Shown here piece by piece: positions 36,278 to 46,025 of a stretch of 64,000 bases of DNA. Within the stretch, counting starts at the first letter, position 1; each line of letters begins with the position of its first letter. The translations under genes were made by a program, and so were the position numbers. The notes beneath the pieces are model-generated. The model was not told the DNA's origin. It did no database searches and saw only the letters and a list, made by a program, of their open reading frames with translations. This DNA is from Malacoraja senta. Taxonomy: Eukaryota. The DNA is taken from positions 23,562,001-23,626,000 of the forward strand of contig CM075988.1 of NCBI GenBank assembly GCA_038087875.1, read 5' to 3'.

Positions 36278-38071
36278 GTCTATTGTAGTTCATAGCTTAT
36301 GAGGTTGTAGTGTTTAATAGCCTGATGGCTGTGGTGAAGAAGCTGTTCCTGAACCTGGACGTTAAATCCATAGACTACAACTGAAACAATAAACAGCTTA
36401 TCACACCAAAAAACCCTCCACATCATACCATTTCTGGTTCCACCCTAACCCCAGTGCTTCCAATTTAAATTATTGTCTTCTGTCAATTAAATCTTGCAAT
36501 GACTGAACATCTACCATACCCAAGATTGACACAAAAAGCTGGAGTAACTCAGCGAGGTGACGTTTCGGGTCGAGACCTTTCTTCAGACTCAAATTCTGAA
36601 GAAGAGTCTTGAACCGAAACATCACCTATTCCTTTGGAGTCTGAAGAAGGGTCTCGACCCGACACATCACCTATTCATTTTCTCCAAAGATGCTGCCTGA
36701 CCTGCTGAGTTACTTCAGCCCTCTGGCCTATTTATGGTGTAAACCAGCATCTGCAGTTCCTTCGTCAACAACTACCATACCCATCTATCCGCTGACTACA
36801 ACCTCCTGTGTACTCTCCTCACTCTCCTCTTCATTCGTAGCAGAGCTTTTAGTCACTTTGGCTCATGCTCTGGAAATCCGATCTGAGATTCCTCCATTCT
36901 TGCTGAGTACTTTTTCGTGCTACATCTTTTTAATCCTCTTCCATAAATCTCATAAATTCCTCAAAATCTGTTTTGAAGAAAATCTATCTTACGTCAATAC
37001 TGATCAGCGAATTTATCTACAGACTTCTTAACTAGATGATAAGATACCAAGCAATGGAGTGAGCCACAATGTCATGAAGGAAACAACTTTGGTTTTCATT
37101 TCTGTTCAACTGCTGCCCGACTCACCCCTCTGGTGGTGCTCCATGTTCTTCATCATCTTCATCAGATTCTGTGTCGTCTGAATCTTCATCTTCCTCCTCA
37201 TCCTCATTTTCTACAAACCCCTGCTGCAGGGACTTTGAGCCCTTCTTTTTCTCCTGCTAAATATATAAATTCTGCACATTACGAAGAATAAATTACTCGG
37301 CTGATTACGTTGCTAAGTATTTAAGTTATACAGAAAATTGAGACAAACACAACTGTAGCCTCTCTGGAAACTCAAGAATTTGAGTTAAGCTGGCCGAGCT
37401 CCTCCTTATGTTTGGGGAGGAGGTGGCATAGGATCTTCTTTGTGCCAAGCCCACTAATGTTCCTCTACAGTAGCACATTATATTCTTAATAGATTCTACA
37501 CACCATGAAAAACAAAAATCTCTCCCTTTTCTTAGGATAGACTCAAAAAGCTGGAGTAACTTCAGACTCTATACACTGCTGACCCACCTTTTTCCACCGC
37601 TTGCTAATGTTCTACACTGGAGAAATTCAAATCTCATCTTATTTCAGCCTGATCATAACATAGATTTAACAACTGTTGCTTTTTGTTTACTCGTCTGAAA
37701 GTTAAGATTAAAATGGCCTATAAGTTGAACATGTTCCTAAAATGGCTGTAAATTTACAAACATCTTGATGCTGAATTTGGATCTGGATCTTCCCTGAGCA
37801 TCTTCATTTTTTAATTTCATGTCAATGTCCAGTGCCATCAAATGTGTAGAACTGATTGTGTACCAGAATAGTTTGCAAAAGCAATCTGTGCACAGATTTG
37901 AGCCCAGATAGTGTTATTTTACAATGGAGACATACATGCCACTGCATAATGTTTATGTGTAACTGCAGAATTAATGACAGTGAAATGATAATGTGCAATC
38001 ATGAATGTGTTTGTCACCTCTGATTTCTTACTGTTCTCCTCCTCGTACTCATCGCTGCTGTTATCTGCCAT
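25820..38071 (-). CDS. IFT46: Intraflagellar transport protein 46, 10 coding exons, 301 aa
   Basis: Exons 38018-38071, 37126-37253, 35821-35895, 34203-34296, 33488-33616, 31162-31280, 30942-31008, 30780-30840, 29320-29405 and 25820-25912 total 906 nt with all phases compatible. The peptide MADNSSDEYEEE...GAYDPADYEHLP...KPFIPDFIPSVGDIDAFLKVPRPDG...WMESISELHRSKPP...ILDIPVYKDRIQSLH is recognisably IFT46. Confidence 0.97.
27340..28737 (-). mobile_element. Second CR1 family (HER1-like) LINE, 5'-truncated, open RT frame
   Basis: ORF 27444-28793 has QHGFVPGRSCLTNL, GVPQGSVLGP and YADD. The 3' end has GGCCTGTTTCCGTGCTG, shared with the local V-SINE tails, and an (ATAACC)n tail. Confidence 0.92.
28738..28912. 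mobile_element. Half of a Harbinger-type MITE
   Basis: Ends in GTGGGACAGGCCCT|TTAA; the other TIR is not found. Confidence 0.55.
29320..29405 (-). CDS. IFT46: IFT46 exon
   Basis: AILDIPVYKDRIQSLHVLFTLHSEFKNSQ. Confidence 0.95.
29762..30083 (-). mobile_element. V-SINE (HE1-like)
   Basis: Reverse-complement copy. Confidence 0.8.
30780..30840 (-). CDS. IFT46: IFT46 exon
   Basis: VSLPTAETNCDLPQYIDMIC. Confidence 0.95.
30942..31008 (-). CDS. IFT46: IFT46 exon
   Basis: PMPDIDSLMQEWPPEFEELLGK. Confidence 0.95.
31162..31280 (-). CDS. IFT46: IFT46 exon
   Basis: QLKVKSLENVEKNPKALDNWMESISELHRSKPPANVHYTK; CAGCAG acceptor. Confidence 0.95.
33129..33320. mobile_element. Short Penelope-derived inverted-arm insertion
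   Basis: 15-bp TSD TTTGATTGCTGGGCT (33114-33128, 33321-33335). Confidence 0.8.
33488..33616 (-). CDS. IFT46: IFT46 exon
   Basis: VPRPDGKSDNLGLIPLDEPCAKQSDPTVLSLWLTENSKQHSVT. Confidence 0.95.
34203..34296 (-). CDS. IFT46: IFT46 exon
   Basis: YTPQSIELDHKLKPFIPDFIPSVGDIDAFLK. Confidence 0.95.
34633..35004. mobile_element. Penelope-derived inverted-arm insertion carrying a nested 167-bp insert
   Basis: 14-bp TSD AGCCACATATACAG (34619-34632, 35005-35018). Confidence 0.8.
35276..35672 (-). mobile_element. CR1 3' fragment
   Basis: ORF 35368-35631 RT C-terminus plus (ATAGACA)n tail. Confidence 0.85.
35821..35895 (-). CDS. IFT46: IFT46 exon
   Basis: AYDPADYEHLPTSTEIKELFQYITR. Confidence 0.95.
36241..36276. 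repeat. (AAT)n microsatellite within a Rex1-type tail
   Basis: 12 AAT units. Confidence 0.9.
37126..37253 (-). CDS. IFT46: IFT46 exon (acidic region)
   Basis: EKKKGSK...ENEDEEEDEDSDDTESDEDDEEHGAPPEG; TAGCAG acceptor. Confidence 0.92.
38018..38071 (-). CDS. IFT46: IFT46 first canonical coding exon (exon spans 38018-38106 including UTR)
   Basis: MADNSSDEYEEENSKKSE; acceptor ctcag| at 38106, donor |GTGACA. Confidence 0.9.
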
Positions 38072-40695
38072 GATTCTGGTTTGGGACCGGCTTATCCTGG
38101 GGCCAGCTGAGAGCAAACAGAAATACATATCAGAATCTTGAATTGCTGATAGACACAAAAAGCTGGAATAATTCAGCGGGACAGGAAGCATCTCTGGAGA
38201 GAAGGAATGGGGGACGTTTTGGGTCGAGACCCTTCTTCGTGAACTGCTGATTTATTTCTAACAAATGCATACCCACAGTAGTTTGGGGGATGGAGTTCCA
38301 GAATGTGGACCCATGATGAAGGACCAGTGATTTATTTCCAAATCAGAATGGTTTGTGACAAGGAGTGCAACTTACATGTGGTGGTGTTCCCATATCCCTG
38401 CTGCCCTTGTTTGACTTGATGATAGAGATCATGGGCTTGGTAGGCTGTTGCAGTAATCTGGACGAGTAGCTGCAGTACATTTTGTAGATAGTACCGAATG
38501 CAGTAACTGTTTGAGTTTAGTTTATTGTCACCTAAACCGAGGTACAGTGAAAAGCTTTTGTTGCGCACTGTGTAGTTGTGAAGGTGGGAATGAATGTTGT
38601 GGGTGGTTGGTGAGGTTCTCTTTCAACCTGCTTTGTCCTGGCTATTCAAGAGACTAAATTGTCCCTGCATACACTGAAAGGGAACAATGAAATTCTTACT
38701 TGCAGGCTTTTGGGTTTCTTGACAATTAATGGCACTGCATTCATTTAGATATGTGGAGAGTATTCCATCATAAACCTGACATATGGTTGCAGATAGTGAA
38801 AAGGCTTTGGAGTATCTGGAGGTAAAACACTCGACACAGGACATTCAGTCTCTGATCTACTCTTTGGCCCACCGAGTCCACGCCGACCAGTGATCGCCAC
38901 GTACACTAGCACTATCCTACACACTAGAGACAATTTGCAATTTTACCAAAACAATTAACCTACAAACCTGTGCGTCTTTGGAGTGTGGGAGGAAACTGGA
39001 GCACCTGGAGAAACCCCACATGGTCACATTGTAGCAGTGAATAAATCATTCAACACACATATCATGGATATCTGCCTTTGTGACCTCCTCAATGGCCATT
39101 TCTCACATCAATCACTGTTAGATGTATCATTTTATGTCACATAATACCCCTCATGTCACATATGGCCATACATATTTCCTAGTACGTGACACGATCTAGC
39201 CTTTTTGTCCTCCTTTACATATATACCCTTATATCTCAAGCTACCTGCACTTACCAGGCTGCCTTGGGGATGGGGTATAGATGCTTGCTACTTCTTCCGA
39301 ATCATTTACATCCAGACTTTCATCATATGGCTGGTTAGTAACAAGCTTTGTCTGAAAACAGATTTTAAAATGGCTTTAATGTAATGAATTGCATGGTTTC
39401 TTATGCTTAAGCAAATCATTTTGTGCTATATTTAACATAATAAACTTTTGGCTAAATGATTTAGGGAAATGGGAGTTGGAATTTAGTATTGGTATTTTAT
39501 TGTCATGTGTACCAAGATACAGTGAAAAGCTTTGTTTGATTGAAGAGAAGAATGAGGGGGGGACCTCATTGAAATGCAGAATAGTGAAAGACGTGGATAC
39601 AGTGGATGTGGAGAGGATGTTTCCACTAGTGGGAGAGTCTACGACTAGAGGTCATAGCCTCAGAATTAAAGGACATTCTTTTAGGAAGGAGATGAGGAGG
39701 AATTTCTTTAGTCAGAGGGTGATGAATCTGTAGAATTCTTTACCACGGTAGGCTGTGGAGGCCAAGTCAGTGGATATATTTAAGGCAGAGATAGATAATT
39801 GTAGATGGAGTCTATGGTGGGGAGACTGGTCTGTCGGTGGACTAAGCTACATCCACAACTCTCTGCAATTTATTACAGTCTTGGGCAGAGTTGTTCTCAG
39901 GCAAAGCTGTGATGCAATCCAATAGTATCCATTCTACGGTGTAGAGGTTGGTAAAAGTCGTTGGAAACATGCCAAGCTTCCCCAGTCTCCTGAGCAAGTA
40001 GAGGTGCTGGTGTGCTTTTTTGGCTAGAGCTTCAATGTGCTTGGCCCAAGATCAATTTGTTGGTGATATTTCCTGAATGCCATAGAAAGCATGTACTTAA
40101 GTGACAATGATCGTGTTTCTGTAATACCTGCACACCGGCAACGGCAAATTTTCTTTCATGACCATTGTCCTAAAAAGCTTCTTAACACAACACAATCTTT
40201 TCTGTTGGGACACCAGCACAGACCATAATATTATTAATCCCAATGTCCTTGGCCTATCTTCTGTCCAAAGCCAGCCTTTCATCTCACTGTGAGAAACAAG
40301 AGTAGGCAGATGCTGGAGTCTGGAGCAAAAGAAAATGCTGGAAAAAGTCTGTGAGTCATGCAGCATCTGTGGGGCAAAAGAAGAACAGCAGCTCATATCC
40401 ACCTGGGTAGTGTAGTTTAGTTTATTGTCATATATACCGAGGTACAGCTAAAAGCTTTTTGTTGCATGTTAACCAGTCAAAGCAGATTATACATCAATAC
40501 AAGCAAGCTGTCCACATAACACAGTTGTTGCCTGACCCGCCGAGTTCTTGAGGTCTGAAGAAGGGTTTCCGATCCAAAATGTCACCTGTCCTTTTTCCCC
40601 CAGAGATACTGCCTGACCCGCTGAGCTACTCCAGCGCTTTGTGTCTATCTTCGAGTTCCTCCAGTAGTTATTTATTGATCCATGTCGCTGTAAGC

Positions 40696-40773
40696 CAGGG
40701 GTCGGCAACCTTGTTCTGCAGACGGGCCAGGACACATGTCTGTCTGTGAGCGGATGGCGGGCCTCAACTATCA
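40696..40773 (+). mobile_element. hAT-like terminal fragment
   Basis: Starts CAGGGGTCGGCAACCT, typical of hAT/Charlie termini; partner end not found. Confidence 0.5.
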
Positions 40774-40958
40774 CATGAATCCCACCCCAATCCCGCTCCG
40801 GAAGGCAGGCATCAAATCACGTGTTCACATAGATCGTGCCCCTTCGAGGACACCACCCGGAGCACTGGCCCCTAGTTACGGGCGCTCACGGACATGGCGC
40901 ACCAATGGACCATTGCCTTGGCTCTGTCCTGAAGGTGGTGGCTCAAATACTCACTCAC

Positions 40959-41076
40959 TCATCCCCGGCCTATTGACAACCCCGACCCCGAGAGTGAAGC
41001 CCAGACACAGAAGGTGCGCGGCCGTGCCAGCGGCTTTGCGCAGGATGCAGTACAGCCAGAGCTCGGCGCTTGGCAC
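40959..41076 (-). pseudogene. CYB561D2: Orphan CYB561D2-like first coding exon copy
   Basis: VPSAELWLYCILRKAAGTAAHLLCLGFTLGVGVVNRPGM followed by phase-1 donor A|GTGAGT, compared with recalled CYB561D2 [31 protein letters not shown]. It begins at GTG right after an in-frame TGA and lies head-to-head with the NPRL2 exon. Confidence 0.75.
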
Positions 41077-41203
41077 TCAGCCGCGCACGGTACTTGGCCT
41101 CGCTCAGCGGTTCCGCCTTTGCGGCCGCCAGCGCAGTATTTCTTGCGTCACCGCGCCTGGGCGCCGCGGCTTCGGGAGGAGGAGCCCGGCCTCACGCAGG
41201 GCG
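41077..41203. promoter_or_regulatory. Duplicated bidirectional CpG promoter between the NPRL2-like and CYB561D2-like exons
   Basis: 127-bp GC/CpG-rich spacer between divergent coding starts, with CRE-like TGCGTCAC. Confidence 0.6.
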
Positions 41204-41275
41204 ATGGGCAGCAGGATTAAATGCGTCTTTTTCAGAGTGTTTCACCCGACCCTCGGTCCAAAAATTATCTTCCAG
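41204..41275 (+). pseudogene. NPRL2: Orphan NPRL2 exon-1 copy (GATOR1 subunit N-terminus)
   Basis: [24 protein letters not shown]|gtaccg matches the recalled NPRL2 start ([21 protein letters not shown]). No further NPRL2 exons were seen; it is followed by a Rex1-type RT fragment. Confidence 0.8.
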
Positions 41276-41307
41276 GTACCGGAGATGATGGAAGTCTGCG
41301 GGCCGGA

Positions 41308-41500
41308 TGCTGTAGTCTATAAACAACTGCCTGACGTAAGTCTTTTTATTGTCCAAGAGGTCCAGTGCGGAGTGGAGAGCCAGTGAGATCGCATCCTCCG
41401 TTGACCTGTTGTGACGGTAGGCAAACTGTAGTGGGTCGAGGTGCTTGTTGAGGTAGGAGTTGATAGCCACCATAACCAACCTCTCAAAGCACTTCATCAC
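41308..41500 (-). mobile_element. Rex1/Babar RT internal fragment
   Basis: MKCFERLV...[23 protein letters not shown]...[10 protein letters not shown]. Confidence 0.85.
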
Positions 41501-41512
41501 AGACACTCTGAG

Positions 41513-42546
41513 TAGGTATGTTACAATACTTACCTTCACCGGCGCTGTAATTCAGCCACTGGCCGTGTGCGTGATTTTGGCGCCTTTAAGGGGGAGGGGC
41601 GGGCTTAAAACACGGGTTTCTCCTACCTTGTCCTGAATTATATTTCGTTGGAGTACAAGCGTTTGTTGAAAAATCGTTACTAGGGGCGTTTTGTGAATTT
41701 TTTATTTTTATTATATCGACAATGTCAGCGCTGGAGTCACTTTAAAATCAGCTCCTGAAGCCGTCAACGCCGATAACGGGGACGGATTTCACGTACGGGA
41801 CAGGTAAACGAAAGTGGTTCATTTAAATGTATAAAGGTGCTTCTTAAGAAGCCTTTAATTCACATTTTTTCTTGCGAAACGGTGATTTTATTCCCCGAAC
41901 TAACGGCAGTATTTTTCATGCCAATACGGGGTTAAATTCACCGCAAATGAACGTTCCAAAAGATCGCGTTCCAGAAATCCTCACTCACAAGATGATTTAA
42001 ATGCCCATTAATTTACAGGTATTAAACATTCAATTCCTTCGATTTGGCCTGTAAATTCATGACAATGAGATTTAAAAATTATGTTATATTGTGAATTATT
42101 GTGTGAATGTTATTTGGACACTTGGGCTATTTAATAATGTTAATCTATTCTTAAGAAATTGATAGATGTTTAGATTTAGTAATTGAATTTTGTAATTAGC
42201 TACAATTAGGTAACTAACTAATTATATGCTTTAATTTCATGTCTTCTAAGTAAGATTGTTTCATATTTGTTTCAGAATGCTTCAATCTATAATAACTGAA
42301 AATTTCTTTCAGTTCTCTTAATTTTTAAGAAAGTTATGTGCTTTTAACTGTCCTCGATCACAGCTCAATGGGAAAGCAATAGGGAACAAGATGCTAATTT
42401 CCGAGTATGAAAATGGCCATAACCTTTTTAATACTGAAGATATGAAAGTGAATTAGGTGTCAAATTAAACTTCTTTTTATGCTTTATCTGATGGGATAAA
42501 TTGCAGACTTTATTTTTTAACATCTCAAAATTTTGTAACATTGCTA
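41513..42546. mobile_element. Non-autonomous TIR DNA transposon (about 1.03 kb)
   Basis: Imperfect TIRs TAGGTATGTTACAA / TTGTAACATTGCTA; flanking duplication CTCTGAG (7 bp) or ACTCTGAGT (9 bp); AT-rich interior with no long internal ORF. Confidence 0.8.
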
Positions 42547-42671
42547 CTCTGAGTTACAGTCCCTGAGTTACATACAGTCCCTGAGTTACACACAGTCCCT
42601 GAGTTGCACAGTCCCTAAGTTACACACAGTCCCTGAGTTACACACTGGCCCTTAGAGACAGTCCCTGAGTT
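42547..42671. repeat. 14-18-bp minisatellite (CCCTGAGTTACACACAGT)
   Basis: About 7-8 degenerate units; a related unit resumes at about 43230 after the CR1 insertion. Confidence 0.85.
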
Positions 42672-43227
42672 ATAGAAACATATAGAGAAACATAGAAAAT
42701 AGGTGCAGGAGTAGGCCATTCAACCTTTCGAGTCAGCACTGCCATTCAATATGATTCATGGCTGATCATCCAAAATCAGTTCCTGCCTTTCTCCCCATAT
42801 CCCTTGATTCCGTTAGCCCTAAGAGCTATATCTAACTCTCTCTTGAAAACATCCAGTGAATCCAGTCCACATTTTTAAGAAGGGGAGGTCATTTAAGACT
42901 GAGGTGAGAAAAAACTTTTTCAGCCAGAGAGTTGTGAATTTATGGAATTCCCTGCCACAGAGGGCAGTGGAGGCCAAGTCACTGGATGGGTTTAAGAGAG
43001 AGTTAGATAGAGCTCTAGGGGCTAGTGGAATCAAGGGATATGGGGAGAAGGCAGGCACGGGTTATTGATTGGGGATGATCAGCCATGATCACAATGAATG
43101 GCGGTGCTGGATTGAAGGGCCGAATAGCCTCCTCCTGCACCTATTGTCTATGCTTCTAATCGGCCTCCACTGTGGAAGAGAATTCCACAGATTCACAACT
43201 CTCTGGGTGAAAGCGTTTTTCCACATC
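42672..43227. mobile_element. Nested, oppositely oriented CR1 3' fragments
   Basis: A minus-strand tail (42672-42861, resuming 43159-43227) is interrupted by a plus-strand 3' fragment (about 42873-43158). Confidence 0.8.
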
Positions 43228-43239
43228 GAAGTTAGAGAC

Positions 43240-43570
43240 AGTCCCTGGGCCGGGCCGGGCCGGGCTACACCGGGCCAGGCTCGCTCCCGCTGCTGAGCCC
43301 CGGTGCCACTAAGGTCCAAGGTGCGGGACGAGATCTATAATCGATGGTTATGACCGCGGGGCGCCGCGTCCCCCCCAAACTAGGCCGCGTTGCCATGGTT
43401 ACCTTCGCTCCCTCAGAGTCCGACTCCGCCATGGGCGCCCCGCCGCTCACTGCGCCTGCGCCGGGTCCGCCCCGCCCAGCGCGGAGTGATCGCATGGACC
43501 GCGGGGGCGCAGCGCTCCGCCCCCTCCCGGTGGGGAACCGCGGTGCTGCGGCCGAAGGTGAGAGTCGGGC
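43240..43570 (-). promoter_or_regulatory. IFT46: CpG-island promoter and first exon of IFT46
   Basis: CpG-dense segment in an AT-rich background, with GC boxes (CCGCCC), NRF1-like TGCGCCTGCGC at 43451-43461 and a minus-strand donor AAG|GTAACC at 43403/43402. Confidence 0.75.
43389..43402. promoter_or_regulatory. RFX X-box (GTTGCCATGGTTAC)
   Basis: Near-palindromic match to the RFX X-box typical of ciliary-gene promoters, in the IFT46 CpG island. Confidence 0.75.
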
Positions 43571-44317
43571 CAGGCAGCATCTGTGGAGAGGTTTGCAGAG
43601 CTAATCCATTGTATCTCGGTACAATGGAGCTACCCACATTGTCCATGTTGCAATCAATAGCTACCTACATTGTTGCTGCAAAATCTTACAAAGGCAATGA
43701 AAAGAGAAGCAGACCATTGCAGATGTCCTCTCCCAGGCAAACATCACCAAAGCAGAAGCCCTAATTACACTGAGCTATTGAGCTGGCCAAGTTGCTTGTC
43801 AACAGACACCATCCCCGGCTTTGTCATGGGAAGGGATCAGCAGGTTGTCTGAGAGAAATATTTGAGGATGTGCTCAAGGTTTGCTTGAGAAAATGCAATA
43901 TCCCCCCTGAATCCTGAAAATCCCAAGCCCATTTCAAGGAAACTGGGTTTAGTATTGAACTTTTCAAGAATTAATAACTTCATTCGTGGTATTGCTTCAC
44001 TATTACGTTATTTAATTTCCTCATTGCACCGGACACTTGGTGTTCAGGATTGTTTTTGTCTTCAGTGAAGATGGACTCCTAAGTTTTGTTCAATCTTTTC
44101 TCTACCATTTATTTATTTCTCAGTTAAAATTCCCTTGCTTCTGTCTGTAAGGGACCTATTACCACTCGTGTGTCAGAAGGAACTGCAGATGCTGGTTTAA
44201 ACCAAAGCTGGAGTAACTCAGCGGGACAGGCAGCATCTCTGGACAGAAGGAATGGGTGACGTTTCGGGTCGAGACCCTTCTTCAGACTTCCCAATCCTTT
44301 TCCTTTTTACATACCTT

Positions 44318-44630
44318 GGGCAGAACAGTGTCGCAGCTGGTGGTGCTGCTGCCTCTCAGTGCCAGAGACCCGGGTTTGATCTGATTAGGGTGATGTCTAT
44401 GTGGAGTTTCCACCTCCTCCCTGTGTGAATGCGTGGGTTTCCTCCAGGTGCTCTGGTTTCCTCCCACATCCCAAAGACATGCAGGTTTGTAGGTTAATTG
44501 GCCTCTAAATTGCCCCTGGTGTGTAGGGAATGGGATAACATAGAACCAATGTGAACGGGATATCTATGGTCTGCGTGGTATTGGTGGGCTGAACAAGGGC
44601 CTATTTCAATGCTGTATCTCAAAACTGAAA
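44318..44630 (+). mobile_element. V-SINE (HE1-like), diverged
   Basis: tRNA-like head, V-core, tail. Confidence 0.75.
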
Positions 44631-45206
44631 TTCAAACCATGGTGAATGAGCTCCAACAGTGGAACTGATTAGAGAATTCCAGAAATTAAACACGACAATA
44701 ATATATTTCTAAGCTGGGACAGTATTTAGCTCACTCAGGTGAAAATTGCTGGAGTAACTCAGCGGGTCAGGCAGCCTTTCTGGAGAACATAGATAGGTGA
44801 CATTTCAGGTTAGGACTCATCTTCAGAACAAGGACGGTTATACCATTCATCATGTGAAGCTGACGACACTCAGATGATGCTAAATTTGCACGTCAATAGC
44901 CGGTAAAGCTGAAGTCTATCAAACCATTTTAAACAAACATACAAGATAACTGCAGTTTGTGAGAGAGGAAAAAGGAGAGGATTAATGCCAAACTTAGGAC
45001 AAATAAGGAAAATTAAAATTACATGGCAATAACAGTGAAAGTATTTTCTTTCGAAAACAAGCCAGCTATTTTTAGTAATAATAATCTTTATATTTATCAT
45101 TTGTTTACTGAGAAAAACAAAACACTGTATACAACTAGAGGAAACGACACATTACAACTAGGAACATGAGGTTTCAGAGACGGTAAATGTAGCTTATGTG
45201 ACATTG

Positions 45207-45212
45207 TTTATT
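45207..45212 (-). terminator. Candidate VPS11 polyadenylation signal
   Basis: AATAAA on the minus strand about 810 nt after the stop. Confidence 0.45.
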
Positions 45213-46025
45213 GACTGCTGAGCTCAGTGAGGTACACACAGAACAAACAGCATTTTGCTGTTGGCCATTTTGTACCTGGGCTACTCCAGAAGACAAATGC
45301 AGAAGAGAACACATGTAAACCACATCGCTGAGGTCAGTAGCCCTCTGTTTCAACATCGGCTTCTGGGCCTGGCAGCACATCCCAAAACTGGAGCTAATAT
45401 TTAGAAAAGTCAAACTCAAGGCTCGATGGATGCTACAATGAGGAAACAGTCTCAGTTAGGCCGCAGTAGTTGAGCAACGTGTTATGTAATTGTACTTTAC
45501 TCGGTCCTGAACTATATGATATAAGCAGTGCAAGTATGGAGGCTCAATGAATTTCTGAAGATGCAAGGCAGAGCAGAATTACTCTCTCCCGAGTCAAATT
45601 GCAGGCACTTCTGCTTGGTTATTTACATGCCCACTATCCAGTCGGATCCCACTCTGTGGCTCAACATCTGTCAGAGCCCAAGTTAATGAATCTCTGTTCA
45701 TCTCAGGTGAGCCAAAGGAAAAGCTGCTCTTGGTACCTCCATCCCATTGTGCTTAGAAGAGTAAAGCAATGACATGGCTGGATATTTCACTGCCTAAACC
45801 AGCAAGGATACAGGTTAACCTCAGGAATCTCACGCTCCAGCCCCTCTGGATACGGCCACAGCAATCGCACCGAAACTATCAACATGCACGGAACTGGCAC
45901 GAGCGCTCTGCAAGTCCATCTCATCTCTGCACCCGCTTGTCATGGAGTCAACTTATTGCAACTTTAATATAACAGCAGAAGTTAGATGCAAACAAAAGAA
46001 TTTGATGGTCGGTCTTCGGGTCCAT

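Noticed and set aside
41204..41284. NPRL2 processed retrocopy (Q-V-P-E continues like exon 2)
   Set aside because: The divergent CYB561D2-like exon with its intron donor and the promoter are also present, similarity stops after three codons, and CAG|GTACCG is itself a plausible donor. A genomic duplication fits better.
40736..41386. 216-aa ORF as a genuine gene
   Set aside because: It is a chimera of a hAT end, GC-rich promoter, NPRL2 exon 1 and antisense Rex1 sequence.
42547..42671. CRISPR-like repeat array
   Set aside because: The units are adjacent with no unique spacers, in a eukaryotic context; it is a minisatellite.
43265..43764. GC-rich ORFs on both strands
   Set aside because: Stop-poor CpG island; only the 30-nt exon-1 frame has splice support.
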